From: Pseudomonadota bacterium
GTDB taxonomy: Bacteria; UBA10199; 2-02-FULL-44-16; JAAZCA01
Reading direction: 5' to 3'
NCBI GenBank assembly: GCA_043798915.1
Contig: JAZDOG010000002.1
Coordinates: 712 to 64,711 of the forward strand
DNA: 64,000 nt
Both the position numbers and the translations under genes were made by a program. Positions 30,700 to 40,762 of the stretch are shown here, in pieces (position 1 is the stretch's first letter; each line of letters starts with the position of its first letter). The notes beneath the pieces are model-generated. The model was not told where the DNA came from. It ran no database searches and was given only the letters and a program-made list of their open reading frames with translations.

Positions 30700-31767
30700 T
30701 TATTCCCTCGACGGCACGTTATACTGCATTTGATTGCTGGTCCAGAGAATGCCCCTCTCCTTCAGTATAGACTGACCTCTGCCCTTCGGTTTCAAACCGG
30801 CATGCTCCATGTCCGCATCGACCATGATCTTTACCAAATCCGCGAATGTCACTTGGGGCGTCCAATCCAGCGTTTTCCTTGCTTTTCCTATATCTGCCAA
30901 TAGAGCATCGACCTCTGTTGGTCGGAAATACTTTTCATCAATGCGCACATAGCATTCGGGATCGAGTCCGCCATAGCTGAACGCCTCGTTGACAAACTCC
31001 TCTACGGAATGGCTCTCGCCGGTGCCGACGACGTAATCGTCCGGGCGCTCCTGCTGAAGCATGCGCCACTGGCACTCCACGTACTCTGGTGCAAAACCCC
31101 AGTCCCTCTTCGACTTTGTATTCCCGAGATAGAGGCAGTCCTGCTTCCCCGCCAGGATGTTCGCAATAGCGCGCGTGATCTTCCTCGTAACAAAGGTCTC
31201 GCCGCGACGCGGGCTCTCATGGTTGAAGAGAATGCCGTTGCAGATGTGCATATTGTAGCTTTCGCGATAATTGACGGCACACCAATACGAGTAAACCTTT
31301 GCGGCACCATATGGGCTCCGCGGATAAAATGCCGTCTTTTCGCTCTGCGGCGGCGGGCTCGCCCCGAACATCTCGCTCGACGAAGCCTGATAGTAGCGCG
31401 TCTTGATTCCGCTGCGCCGGATTGCCTCCAGGAGCCTTATGGTGCCAAGGCCGGTGATATCTCCCGTGTATTCGGGCATCTCGAAGCTGACCTTCACATG
31501 GCTCTGCGCACCAAGGTGGTAGACCTCATCCGGCTGGATGTTGTAGATGAGGTTTGTGAGCTGGCTGGCGTCGCTCAAGTCGCCATAGTGAAGAAGCAGG
31601 CGCGTGCCGGGAATATGCGGATCGCTGTAGATGTGATCGATCCGGTGAGTGCTGAAAGTGCTCGATCGTCTGATGAGACCATGCACCTCATATCCTTTTG
31701 AAAGCAAAAGTTCGGCCAAATATGACCCATCCTGCCCGGTGATTCCCGTTATCAATGCTCGTTTCAT
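30700..31767 (-). CDS. gmd: GDP-mannose 4,6-dehydratase
   Basis: [42 protein letters not shown]. Confidence 0.95.
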   Translation of the reverse strand: MKRALITGITGQDGSYLAELLLSKGYEVHGLIRRSSTFSTHRIDHIYSDPHIPGTRLLLHYGDLSDASQLTNLIYNIQPDEVYHLGAQSHVKVSFEMPEYTGDITGLGTIRLLEAIRRSGIKTRYYQASSSEMFGASPPPQSEKTAFYPRSPYGAAKVYSYWCAVNYRESYNMHICNGILFNHESPRRGETFVTRKITRAIANILAGKQDCLYLGNTKSKRDWGFAPEYVECQWRMLQQERPDDYVVGTGESHSVEEFVNEAFSYGGLDPECYVRIDEKYFRPTEVDALLADIGKARKTLDWTPQVTFADLVKIMVDADMEHAGLKPKGRGQSILKERGILWTSNQMQYNVPSRE

Positions 31768-31794
31768 AGCCTGGCTCCATTTTGATGGCATGCT

Positions 31795-33021
31795 CTAGTC
31801 ATGTTGCCTGCCATAGTCATCAGCGATACGAACAACATCGTCAATCTCCGGAGTGGAAACCTCCAGAACAAGACAGTCGCTCAAGGCGCGGATACGGTGT
31901 TTCATGCCCGGTGGCACGTGCTGGACATCCCCTGAATTCATCGCGCGAGCCCTTTCATCTCCGACTTCAATCTCCATATTGCCCGACAACAACCGAAGCG
32001 TCTCGTCCTTCTGCTTGTGATATTGAAGAGAGAGCCTATGGCCCTTCCTGATGAACAGGATTTTGCCGACGTACTTCTGCGTCAGCGCCCACAGCTCCTC
32101 GTGCCCCCATGGTTTTGGCACCACGCAGCGCCACGGACACAGGTCGTCGCCCTGGAGCACTGCCTTGACGCACCCAGAGATATCGATGCCCTGGCTCATC
32201 AGGCGATGGACGCTCTCCCAAGTCCCCACATCGCTCCAACCAACAGAAACAGGGATGACGACGACCTTCCCCGATTTTTCCATGACCGCGCGATCAATTG
32301 AAATTGATGGCGCAGCGCGGAAGTATTCTCGCATGAAGTCGTAACCTGCCCGAAAGGCATCCAGCCGAACGGCGCAGTCGGGGGCATGCAGCTTCAATTC
32401 GCTTAAAAATACGCTGGCCTTCCATAAAAAGATGCCGCCATTCCAAAGGTAGCCCTCCAGTCGATATTTTTCGGCAGCCTGCGTATCCGGTTTTTCCGCA
32501 AATTTTTTAACCGGCGACCATCCCTGGTTCTTTTCCAAAGGACATATGTAACCATATTCGGGCGATGCCCAGGTCGGCTCCATACCGAACGTCACCAAGT
32601 AGTCATCCCGAGCAAGAGAGACCGCTTGAGCCAACACCTTCCGGAAACCATCCTCATCCTGTATGTGATGATCTGATGGCAAGCAGATGACTGTCGCATT
32701 GTTATCGCGCTGATCAATCAAAGCTGTGCAGTATGCAAGGGCCGGAGCAGTATTGCGTTTGAAGGGCTCTGCGATAATCCGGTCAGCGGACAATTCAGGG
32801 ATCTGCTCCTCGACGAGTGAAACGTATTTTTCGTTTGTTGAGACATAGATATTTTCTAGAGGAACCAACGGTGCAACCCTCTCAAATGTCTGACGAATAA
32901 ACGTCTTTTGGCCGATGAAGTTGAGAAACTGTTTTGGCTGCTCAGGCGTTGAGAGCGGATAGAATCGCGTTCCTTCACCACCGGCCATGATCAGGACGAA
33001 TACATTTTTCATACGAATCAC
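31795..33021 (-). CDS. manC: Mannose-1-phosphate guanylyltransferase with C-terminal cupin
   Basis: MAGGEGTRFYPLS...PKQFL, RNTAPA, PSDH, WSDVG; cupin KPWG...LSLQYH. Confidence 0.88.
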   Translation of the reverse strand: MIRMKNVFVLIMAGGEGTRFYPLSTPEQPKQFLNFIGQKTFIRQTFERVAPLVPLENIYVSTNEKYVSLVEEQIPELSADRIIAEPFKRNTAPALAYCTALIDQRDNNATVICLPSDHHIQDEDGFRKVLAQAVSLARDDYLVTFGMEPTWASPEYGYICPLEKNQGWSPVKKFAEKPDTQAAEKYRLEGYLWNGGIFLWKASVFLSELKLHAPDCAVRLDAFRAGYDFMREYFRAAPSISIDRAVMEKSGKVVVIPVSVGWSDVGTWESVHRLMSQGIDISGCVKAVLQGDDLCPWRCVVPKPWGHEELWALTQKYVGKILFIRKGHRLSLQYHKQKDETLRLLSGNMEIEVGDERARAMNSGDVQHVPPGMKHRIRALSDCLVLEVSTPEIDDVVRIADDYGRQHD

Positions 33022-34304
33022 AACCTCCAGTAGGTCATGCCCTGGGCGCGGGCTTCGTCAGCACAGAAAATTCCCTTCACATCCGCCAAAACCGATGAGC
33101 CGCCGGAGAGCCGTTTCAGACCCTCGATTCCCAGTTCCCGAAACTGCCGGTGTTTCACAGCAACGACTACGCCGTCGTATGAAGCGCAGTCAGATGGATT
33201 GGCCAGGAGCTTGAGGCCGTATTCCTCATAAACTTCCTGACAGTCTGCGTATGGATCATAGACGTGGACGTCGCAGCCGTATTCCTTGAGCTCACCGATG
33301 ATGTCCACGACGCGAGTGTTGCGAATATCGGGGATGTCCTCCTTGAACGTTATCCCCAAGACTAGAACCCTAGATCCCTTAATTGTCTTTCCGCTGGCGA
33401 TCATGTGTTTCACCGTCTGCTCAGCGACGTATTTCCCCATCGAGTCGTTGATCCGGCGACCGGCGAGGATAACCTGCGGGTGATAGCCAATCTGCTCCGC
33501 CTTATAGGTGAGATAGTAAGGATCAACGCCAATGCAATGGCCACCGACGAGGCCAGGTTCAAACGGCAGGAAATTCCACTTTGTGCCCGCAGCCTCGAGC
33601 ACCTCGCGAGTGTCGATGCCCATCTTATTGAACAGAACAGAAAGTTCGTTCATGAGCGCCAGGTTCAGATCGCGCTGCGTGTTTTCTATCACCTTCGCAG
33701 CCTCGGCCACTTTTATAGATGAAGCCCTGTGGACGCCGGCCGTGACAACGCTTGAATACACTGCTGCGATGATATCGAGCGAGGCAGAGTCCTCGCCGGA
33801 GACGACCTTTTTTATCTTCGTGAAGGTGTGTTCTCTATCTCCCGGATTTATCCGTTCCGGAGAATAACCGACCTTAAAATCGATGCTGGCTTTTAAGCCC
33901 GATTCCCTCTCGAGGATAGGCAGGCAAACATCTTCCGTGACACCAGGGTAGACAGTTGATTCGTAAACGACGATCGCGCCGCGAGAAAGATTCCTGCCGA
34001 CTGTCTCGCTGGCCTTGATCACTGGAGTCAGGTCTGGCCGCTTGGCATCGTCAATAGGCGTGGGTACAGCGACGATGATGAAATCCGCTGTTTTTAACGA
34101 TGTTGGGTCTGAGGTGAAATTGATCTTCGTGGAACGGATATCTTCTGCATTCACCTCTCCGGTTAAATCCCGGCCCTCTTTGAGTTCTGCAATCCTGCGC
34201 ACGCTGATGTCGAAACCGATAACTTCGTCATGTTTGCCGAACGCGACAGCAACGGGCAATCCGACGTATCCAAGGCCAACAACTGCGATTTTTCGTTTTG
34301 TCAT
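33018..34304 (-). CDS. UDP-N-acetylhexosamine 6-dehydrogenase (WbpO/TviB type)
   Basis: GLGYVGLP, ESTVYPG, SPERINPGD, KVIENTQRD, GGHCIGVDPYYL. Confidence 0.9.
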   Translation of the reverse strand: MTKRKIAVVGLGYVGLPVAVAFGKHDEVIGFDISVRRIAELKEGRDLTGEVNAEDIRSTKINFTSDPTSLKTADFIIVAVPTPIDDAKRPDLTPVIKASETVGRNLSRGAIVVYESTVYPGVTEDVCLPILERESGLKASIDFKVGYSPERINPGDREHTFTKIKKVVSGEDSASLDIIAAVYSSVVTAGVHRASSIKVAEAAKVIENTQRDLNLALMNELSVLFNKMGIDTREVLEAAGTKWNFLPFEPGLVGGHCIGVDPYYLTYKAEQIGYHPQVILAGRRINDSMGKYVAEQTVKHMIASGKTIKGSRVLVLGITFKEDIPDIRNTRVVDIIGELKEYGCDVHVYDPYADCQEVYEEYGLKLLANPSDCASYDGVVVAVKHRQFRELGIEGLKRLSGGSSVLADVKGIFCADEARAQGMTYWRL

Positions 34305-34323
34305 GTGATCTGCCCCAGCCCGA

Positions 34324-34373
34324 ACATCCCTCCGCCGCCAGAACTTAGGCGGGCAAGTTTACAAAGGGGATGT
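34324..34373. repeat. TACAA-loop palindromic element, apparently interrupted by a CCGCC/GGCGG hairpin
   Basis: ACATCCCTCC-[GCCGCCAGAACTTAGGCGGGCAAGT]-TTACAAAGGGGATGT; supplies the stop codon of the epimerase gene. Confidence 0.5.
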
Positions 34374-35291
34374 GGTGTTGTTTCGGAACCACTCTGCGGT
34401 GCGCTTCATACCGTCAAAAAAAGAGACCTGTGGATGCCAACCCAATTCGCGCTCGATCTTTGCAGACGAAATTGAGCTGCGCTTCTGCTCGCCTTTCTTC
34501 GCCAGGCCATGAATCTCCTTGCAGTTTGAACCCGAATACTCCCGCAGCGCGTGGAAGATGGCATTGACGTCCGTCTCTACACCGGTGCCTACGTTGTATG
34601 CGCCGCGCGCATTATCGAGCAGGGTTAAGCGGTTGGCCTCCACGACATCGCCGACGTAGACATAGTCGCGCGTCTGCCTGCCATCGCCGTTGATGACCGG
34701 TGTTTCGCCTTTGAGCATCTTCTCGATGAATATCGACACCACGCCGGCCTCGCCGTGCGGGTTCTGGCGCGGACCATAGATATTGGCGTAGCGGAGGACG
34801 ACATATGGAATTTCGTATTGAACTTGATAATAGTGCAGATACTTTTCGCACATGAGCTTGTTGAGACCGTAGGGGCTGATCGGCCAGGTCGAGTGCTCCT
34901 CCGTTGCCGGAAATTCCCTCTGCTCACCGTAGACCGTCCCGCCGGATGAGGCAAAAATCACTTTTTTTAGCCCAGCCTGTCTTCCAGCTTCCATGAGATT
35001 GATGAGCCCCGTCACGTTGATTTTGATGTCGCTGACCGGATTGGCAACAGAGACGCGAACATCGATCTGTGCGGCGTGGTGGTTCAGGACATCGGGATGC
35101 TCTCTACCGATAGCCTCGGCAGCCTTGGGAGAACAAATATCGAGCTCAATAAATTTCGCCTTGGGATTTAGATTCTTGCGGCTTCCAGTTGAAAGATTAT
35201 CGAGGACGACGACCTCGTGGCCATCGGCGATGTATGCGTCGACGATGTGCGATCCGATAAAGCCTGCGCCGCCTGTGACCAAAATCTTCAT
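34359..35291 (-). CDS. galE: UDP-glucose 4-epimerase-like NAD-dependent epimerase
   Basis: [43 protein letters not shown]. Confidence 0.85.
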   Translation of the reverse strand: MKILVTGGAGFIGSHIVDAYIADGHEVVVLDNLSTGSRKNLNPKAKFIELDICSPKAAEAIGREHPDVLNHHAAQIDVRVSVANPVSDIKINVTGLINLMEAGRQAGLKKVIFASSGGTVYGEQREFPATEEHSTWPISPYGLNKLMCEKYLHYYQVQYEIPYVVLRYANIYGPRQNPHGEAGVVSIFIEKMLKGETPVINGDGRQTRDYVYVGDVVEANRLTLLDNARGAYNVGTGVETDVNAIFHALREYSGSNCKEIHGLAKKGEQKRSSISSAKIERELGWHPQVSFFDGMKRTAEWFRNNTTSPL

Positions 35292-35450
35292 GGATTATCC
35301 TTTTTTCGGCCCCTTCATCAAAAAATCCTTTTTCCCCTTCCGGCCTCCGCAAATCAGGCGCTGCAGGTCAAACTCGCACGCTTTCGCTATCCATCGCCAG
35401 AGCGAAGGTGTTCATTCTGGCGTCTGATCGTCCACATCTCAATCGACAAC

Positions 35451-35903
35451 CTATATCTGATTGAAAAAGGAATTGATGTCACGTCGATAAAGCGCCTTGA
35501 GCTTCGTCGCGTCCTCAAACACGGCTCTGACTTTCCTCTCGTCAAGATCGTACATGTAGGCATGGCGGAGCAGGTGCCGAAATGCCCGCAGGTTATCGAA
35601 AAGAGCGCGGCTATCGGCTGAAATCAGGGCAGGCCGAACCCCTTCAATCGACACGCTCATCCGTTTGAGCAGCTCCACATGATACCCTCCATCCATGGAA
35701 ACATGATTCTCGAAGGCAGCCGCCACCAGTTTGAATATATCCTCGAATGCGCAATAAAGGTTGTGAAGCCAGTAACTCAATCCTTCAAGTTCAGCGGGGC
35801 CCTTTCCTCTTGCACGCTCTTCAATGCGAGCGTAGATGCGCTCTATTTCAACCAGCTGTGCGTTCACATCAGCCCTGAGAACGGCTATTTGCGCTTTTTC
35901 CAT
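35451..35903 (-). CDS. HEPN-domain ribonuclease toxin (HepT-like)
   Basis: LHNLYCAFEDIF, YHVELL, FRHLLRHAY (RX4HXY). Confidence 0.85.
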   Translation of the reverse strand: MEKAQIAVLRADVNAQLVEIERIYARIEERARGKGPAELEGLSYWLHNLYCAFEDIFKLVAAAFENHVSMDGGYHVELLKRMSVSIEGVRPALISADSRALFDNLRAFRHLLRHAYMYDLDERKVRAVFEDATKLKALYRRDINSFFNQI

Positions 35904-36235
35904 TTCACCCCCCCTGTTCGAATTTTATCCGCAAACCTGTGACCCTCAAGACGGACCACATCGACATCGACACCGAGCTCATTCGATAAATACGCCGTGG
36001 CCATTATGACGTCCTCATCGCGCAGACCGGAGAAGGCAATGTCAATGTCCGAAGCGCCGTCAAAACCGCCCTCCCTGGCAACGGATCCGAAGACGAACGC
36101 CTCATCAAAGCAGCGATGCACCGAAAATCGATCGAGCACCGACATCACGCGCCCCAGATATTCCAGCCTCCTAGCCTCGCGCGCCCGCGCCTTCGCCTTG
36201 ACGATTTCATCGCGCAGCTTTGTCGAAGACTTCAC
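35885..36235 (-). CDS. Minimal nucleotidyltransferase (MNT) antitoxin
   Basis: VFGSVAREGGFDGASDIDIAF, VDVVRL; overlaps the HEPN gene. Confidence 0.85.
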   Translation of the reverse strand: MKSSTKLRDEIVKAKARAREARRLEYLGRVMSVLDRFSVHRCFDEAFVFGSVAREGGFDGASDIDIAFSGLRDEDVIMATAYLSNELGVDVDVVRLEGHRFADKIRTGGVKWKKRK

Positions 36236-36522
36236 AGCGTTTCCTTGGGACAGGTGCACTGCGCCACAGGTTCCCCGTCGTCGCTCCAGGACACGGCGAC
36301 ATCATATATCTCGGAACCCTCCACCTCCGCCTCTATGCTCAGGTCGTCGTTCACCTCCAGCGACAACACCCGGTCTTCCTGAAAATAACCGATGCCACGC
36401 CAGTAGACTTTGGACGAAACCCAGTCCCGAACTTTGAAACTCTTTGCGAAATCGGCGGGGATCGCAGAAGGGCCGGCATTTTCGTTATATGTGCTGATCT
36501 GTGGTATGATATTTTCCTTCAT
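36232..36522 (-). pseudogene. Truncated SWIM zinc-finger protein N-terminus
   Basis: RGIGYF...AEVEGSEIYDV...CTCP then stop; the CxH half of SWIM is missing. Confidence 0.65.
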
Positions 36523-36586
36523 TCAATGTAGATGTCCTCGACATGGATCTCGCGAAGCCAGCGCCGCCTATGACGAGGATCTTCAT
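36519..36586 (-). pseudogene. Relic 5' end of an NAD-dependent epimerase gene
   Basis: MKILVIGGAGF then frameshifted HVEDIYIE; parallels [22 protein letters not shown] at 35291. Confidence 0.7.
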
Positions 36587-36589
36587 TTT

Positions 36590-38101
36590 CTATCCCTTTT
36601 CCTCCATCGAGATGAACGAATCTCGGAGCAGCTTCCCCTGGAGGACGAAGGCTCGCTTGGCGCTGCGCGGCTCTTTCATGAGCGCGATCTCCTGCGTCAG
36701 CAGCCGCGAGATGTACATCGTGTATGACCATGCCCGCTTCATCTCGCGATGATACAAGGGGTGATCGCGGTTGATGTAGATGACCGTCCCCTCGCTGAAG
36801 CACTCGGGGCTGGCGTCGCCGAAGTGGTCGAGGCAACATGCGATCCTGTGATTGCCGAATTTCATCCTCTTGACGACCGCATTGGGCGTCACTTTTTTGA
36901 TCCTTCCCGGCTTCTTCATCAGGCGCGCGGGGAGTTCATCTTCAAGCTTTGTCTGCTGCGGCTCTCCCATGGCATCGGGCACCAGCACCGCCTCGCCCGT
37001 TGCCGCCCCGGGCTGCGCTGTCTTTTCCGGCGGCTCTTTCGCAGCCGCGCCGCCGGGCCGTCTCCCCGGCTCGCCGAGCGGAATTGCGCCAAAGGGAGAG
37101 CACTCCGGGTTCTTCACGATCGCATGCCAGACGCGGTCGATCGCTTCATTGAGCGCCCGCGACGCACGGCGGTTCTCCTTCTTGTCTGAGAGGGACGCAA
37201 GCGCGCGCCGGACGTCGGCCATCACGCGCTCCATGGCGACGCGGAAGGCGCGATACTCGGGCGCGTCGATAATGAAGCCGGTCCGGTCGCTCGTAATCGG
37301 CAGGAAGTCAGCATTTATCTCGCCCCGGACGCGCGACGCCGCCATCCCCCACGTCTCGATTCCGAAGGTCTCCCGGCGGATCGCCGCGCCCTTGACCCTG
37401 CACTCGATCCCCATCCCGTCGTATGAACCGCCGCTCTCGGGGAGGATAACGACCTCTCCGTGGACGAGGCCGAACGGAGTTCCCTCGAGAATCGGAAGGC
37501 GCTGGCCTGCCCAGCTGCGCGGTTGCACGGGATAACCGTTGAGCGTCACCTTGAAGTTCGGCGCTTTGAGGGGGACACCGGAGACGATGCAGTCCTCCAC
37601 GTCGCCCAGCTCGAACTGACGCGAGAGGCTCGAAAGGACGACTGTCGTCCCGTCCCTCCGCGACGGATCTGGCGACAGGATTTCGAGTGGAAGATGCCAG
37701 CTGTCGGTGCTCTCCCACTTTTCACGGTCGAAGACGACGCAGGCGGCGAAGCTGTCCTTCTGTGTCGTGACTTCGAAGCGGTCGGCCGCCGCCAGCGACG
37801 CAAACTTGCCAATCCCGAACTGGCCCACTCGATCGCGCGTATACAGAGACGTCCGTGGCGCCTGGAGCTTCTCCGGCGAACCGACGCTGAAATACTGGCG
37901 AAGGCCTTCGAGGTCCATCCCCGAACCGTCATCCTTGACGACGATCTCATCGTCGCCGATCATCACCTCCACCTCCGTGGCGTCGGCGTCGTAAGAGTTG
38001 TTGACTAGCTCGCGAATGAGTTCAATCGACTGCGAGTAAAGGCGCTCGCCGATCGTCACTATGTGGCTCTTGTCAAATGTAAGCTCTATCGTATCGTTCA
38101 T
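36590..38101 (-). CDS. GHKL (HATPase_c_3, MORC/Hsp90-like) ATPase
   Basis: IRELVNNSYDA, DDGSGM, GQFGIGKFA, GTTV; S5-like GEINADFL...SDRTGF; C-terminal INRDHPLY. Confidence 0.85.
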   Translation of the reverse strand: MNDTIELTFDKSHIVTIGERLYSQSIELIRELVNNSYDADATEVEVMIGDDEIVVKDDGSGMDLEGLRQYFSVGSPEKLQAPRTSLYTRDRVGQFGIGKFASLAAADRFEVTTQKDSFAACVVFDREKWESTDSWHLPLEILSPDPSRRDGTTVVLSSLSRQFELGDVEDCIVSGVPLKAPNFKVTLNGYPVQPRSWAGQRLPILEGTPFGLVHGEVVILPESGGSYDGMGIECRVKGAAIRRETFGIETWGMAASRVRGEINADFLPITSDRTGFIIDAPEYRAFRVAMERVMADVRRALASLSDKKENRRASRALNEAIDRVWHAIVKNPECSPFGAIPLGEPGRRPGGAAAKEPPEKTAQPGAATGEAVLVPDAMGEPQQTKLEDELPARLMKKPGRIKKVTPNAVVKRMKFGNHRIACCLDHFGDASPECFSEGTVIYINRDHPLYHREMKRAWSYTMYISRLLTQEIALMKEPRSAKRAFVLQGKLLRDSFISMEEKG

Positions 38102-38114
38102 GGAGTCGTATCCA

Positions 38115-38528
38115 TTACAGCAATCGAGAATATATCTTTGCCAGCGCTTCGATATCCTTCAATTTCTTTCCTGTGATTCCGTAGACATGGTCCAGATCCA
38201 GCCGCACATAATCATGCACGAGCAGGTTCCGAAACGCGGCCATGCCATCCAGACGGCGCAGAAGAGTTTTGGATATGATTCCCTCTTCGGCCAGCACGTC
38301 AAAAATCTCGCCGTATGTCTCAGGTTTTCTCAATTTCCGATCCGATATGACGTGATTGCCAATGTCGAGGAGACACTCGATCGAGAGATGAAGGTTGCGC
38401 TCAGCAGCGCCGTGAACGAACGGATCGTCCTTGAACCTCTTCAAACCCAATTTGCGCACAAGCTTCAAGAACTTAATGTACCCCTTCAGCCTCTCAAGCC
38501 TCAATAGAACGACCTCGCGGTCAACCAA
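38115..38528 (-). CDS. hepT: DUF86/HepT ribonuclease toxin
   Basis: AAERNLHLSIECLLDIGNH, FRNLLVHDY (RX4HXY). Confidence 0.88.
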   Translation of the reverse strand: MVDREVVLLRLERLKGYIKFLKLVRKLGLKRFKDDPFVHGAAERNLHLSIECLLDIGNHVISDRKLRKPETYGEIFDVLAEEGIISKTLLRRLDGMAAFRNLLVHDYVRLDLDHVYGITGKKLKDIEALAKIYSRLL

Positions 38529-38946
38529 AGTAGACCCCCTTGAGCAGCTGCTCCTTCACGAAGCAGCGGTGAACCGACCTGATATACAGGGTGTCGAGGT
38601 ATTCCCCGACGACGGCCGTCTCGAAGGCAACGCGGGTGGAGGGTTCATCCTTCAGAATTTTCCCGCCCTTCACAACCTCGTACCTGAGCAACAACGGAGA
38701 ATCATTGAGGACGACGAGGTCGAAATCATCCGATCCCAGCGCCCGGGCCAGCGTATCCATGAGCTTCAATCGATATGCAAACGGATCGCGCCGGCCCTTC
38801 ATAAAAACCGCAAAATCCAGATCGCTCAGAGGGCCTGCATCCCCACGCGCCGCTGAACCGAAGATATAGGCAAACACAATTTCCGCCTCACCCTTAAAGA
38901 GGCGCTCCGCCCGCTTGACCCTCGATGAGAAAGAAGAGGTGCTCAT
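38521..38946 (-). CDS. mntA: MntA adenylyltransferase antitoxin
   Basis: [21 protein letters not shown] (GSX10DXD), [12 protein letters not shown]. Confidence 0.88.
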   Translation of the reverse strand: MSTSSFSSRVKRAERLFKGEAEIVFAYIFGSAARGDAGPLSDLDFAVFMKGRRDPFAYRLKLMDTLARALGSDDFDLVVLNDSPLLLRYEVVKGGKILKDEPSTRVAFETAVVGEYLDTLYIRSVHRCFVKEQLLKGVYFG

Positions 38947-39968
38947 GAGTAATAGGACTGGTACCACTCCACAAATCTCCTGATACCCTCTTTGACCGGC
39001 GTCTTTGGGGCAAAACCGACGTCGCGCGAGAGGTCATCGACATCGGCATATGTCGCTGGAACGTCGCCAGGCTGCATGGGGAGGAAATTTATCTTCACCT
39101 TCCTACCTGTCGCCTCTTCGATCGCTTTTATGAAATCCAGCAATTCGATCGGGCTGTGGTTGCCGATGTTGTAGAGCTTGTAGGGGGCGGGAGTGAAAGC
39201 TGGATCTACCTCCCCCATCCCCTCCTTACAAAGGAGGGGGGAATGTTGCGGTATATGGTCGGCCACCCGGGCGACGCCTTCGACGATATCGTCTATATAT
39301 GTGAAGTCGCGCTTCATCTTCCCATTGTTGTAAACATCGATTGACTGCCCTTCGAGGATCGACTTCGTGAATTTGAAGAGCGCCATGTCCGGCCGGCCCC
39401 ATGGGCCGTAGACGGTGAAGAAGCGCAGGCCCGTCGCAGGGATCCCGTAGAGGTAGCTATAAGTGTGGGCCATCAATTCGTTCGCCTTTTTCGTAGCGCC
39501 GTAGAGGGAAATGGGATGATCGACGTTGTCTCGGACCGAGAAAGGCAACTTCGTGTTGAGGCCGTAGACGGAGGAGGAGCTTGCATAGACAAGATGGCCC
39601 ATCTTGCGTCCAGCCCAGTGAGCACGACAGCCCTCAAGGACGTTCATGAAACCAACGAGGTTCGATTGCACATATGCATGCGGGTTCTCGATGCTGTAGC
39701 GAACGCCCGCCTGCGCAGCCATATGGATGATGCGATCGAAGCTGCTTTCGTCGAAGAGGCGCACCATCGCCGCCTCATCACAGATATCCATCCTGACGAA
39801 GCGGAAATTCTTGAACGGCTTGAGTTCGGAGAGCCTCGCCTCCTTGAGCGCGACGTCGTAGTAATCGTTCAGGTTGTCTATCCCCACGACATCATCGCCG
39901 CGCTCGCAGAAACGCCTGGCCAGATGAAAACCGATAAACCCCGCTGTACCAGTGACGAGTATCTTCAT
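38943..39968 (-). CDS. UDP-glucuronate 4-epimerase
   Basis: [54 protein letters not shown]. Confidence 0.9.
   Translation of the reverse strand: MKILVTGTAGFIGFHLARRFCERGDDVVGIDNLNDYYDVALKEARLSELKPFKNFRFVRMDICDEAAMVRLFDESSFDRIIHMAAQAGVRYSIENPHAYVQSNLVGFMNVLEGCRAHWAGRKMGHLVYASSSSVYGLNTKLPFSVRDNVDHPISLYGATKKANELMAHTYSYLYGIPATGLRFFTVYGPWGRPDMALFKFTKSILEGQSIDVYNNGKMKRDFTYIDDIVEGVARVADHIPQHSPLLCKEGMGEVDPAFTPAPYKLYNIGNHSPIELLDFIKAIEEATGRKVKINFLPMQPGDVPATYADVDDLSRDVGFAPKTPVKEGIRRFVEWYQSYYS
39209..39243. repeat. BoxC-like palindromic element translated in frame inside the epimerase
   Basis: CCTCCCCCAT-CCCCTCCTT-ACA-AAGGAGGGG; encodes [11 protein letters not shown]. Confidence 0.7.
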
Positions 39969-39974
39969 AAGCAG

Positions 39975-40592
39975 TTACATGACCTCATGGCCTTTGGCAT
40001 CCCCATCCTGTTCAGTGCCATTCCCGAGTTCGGACACAAGATCGACCCGGCGGCAGCCTTTCACTTCGAGCAGCGAAGGCGTGGTGTTCAGCACCACTTC
40101 CCTGCGGCCCTTGATGATCATGCAGCGTTCGCCGGAATCCCCGCCCTTGCCGAGGAGATGGTCCGGCACGCCGCGTCGCAGCTCTCCATACCCGAGTTCC
40201 GAAAACACAGTGACGACGAGGCCCGCGAGCTCTCCCTCGCCGTGCAGGTAAAATCTGGTGATCCCCTCGGTGCTCAACTTGTTGATGATCCCGACCAGAC
40301 CGCCCCGGATGCGCCGGTAGCTCTCCACCGTCCTGACAACATAATGGTAAGACCTGAGCGCCGTCCTTGCGAACCCTTCCGGAGTCAGCAGATACTCCAG
40401 CTGTCGCTTGTTCAAATGGCCGGTCTTGACGTAGCCGGTGTGGACGAGCCTCTTGATAACCGCGTTGATCAGCCCCACCGACAGCCCCGTGCGGCGTGCG
40501 AGCTCCCGTTGCGACACGGACTGCGATGCGCCGTGGAGCGATTCGAGGACCGCGAGTTCGCTTGGTGTCAATTCGTTGATATCAGGAGGCAT
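39975..40592 (-). CDS. MarR-like winged-helix regulator (EPS-associated type)
   Basis: SQRELARRTGLSVGLIN...LVHTGYVK...YLLTPEG. Confidence 0.85.
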   Translation of the reverse strand: MPPDINELTPSELAVLESLHGASQSVSQRELARRTGLSVGLINAVIKRLVHTGYVKTGHLNKRQLEYLLTPEGFARTALRSYHYVVRTVESYRRIRGGLVGIINKLSTEGITRFYLHGEGELAGLVVTVFSELGYGELRRGVPDHLLGKGGDSGERCMIIKGRREVVLNTTPSLLEVKGCRRVDLVSELGNGTEQDGDAKGHEVM

Positions 40593-40606
40593 GATGCTGG
40601 AACGGA

Positions 40607-40618
40607 CAGGCTACCGCC
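40607..40618 (-). promoter_or_regulatory. ops element (RfaH loading/pause site)
   Basis: GGCGGTAGCCTG matches GGCGGTAGnnTG exactly, 14 nt upstream of the first ATG of the operon. Confidence 0.85.
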
Positions 40619-40762
40619 GGGGCGAGAGATTTATATCTCCCGCAGTTGAGAGTAAAAAACGTGTCTGATTCCGACGATGTCGCCCCACATAGCTGCGCAA
40701 CAAAAGGAATTTTTTGCTGCGCTTAAGTAAGAATGACTTTGCTACGACATCAACTTCCGATA

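Noticed and set aside
39465-40649. 394-aa plus-strand ORF
   Set aside because: Antisense to the epimerase and MarR-like genes; expected in GC-rich DNA.
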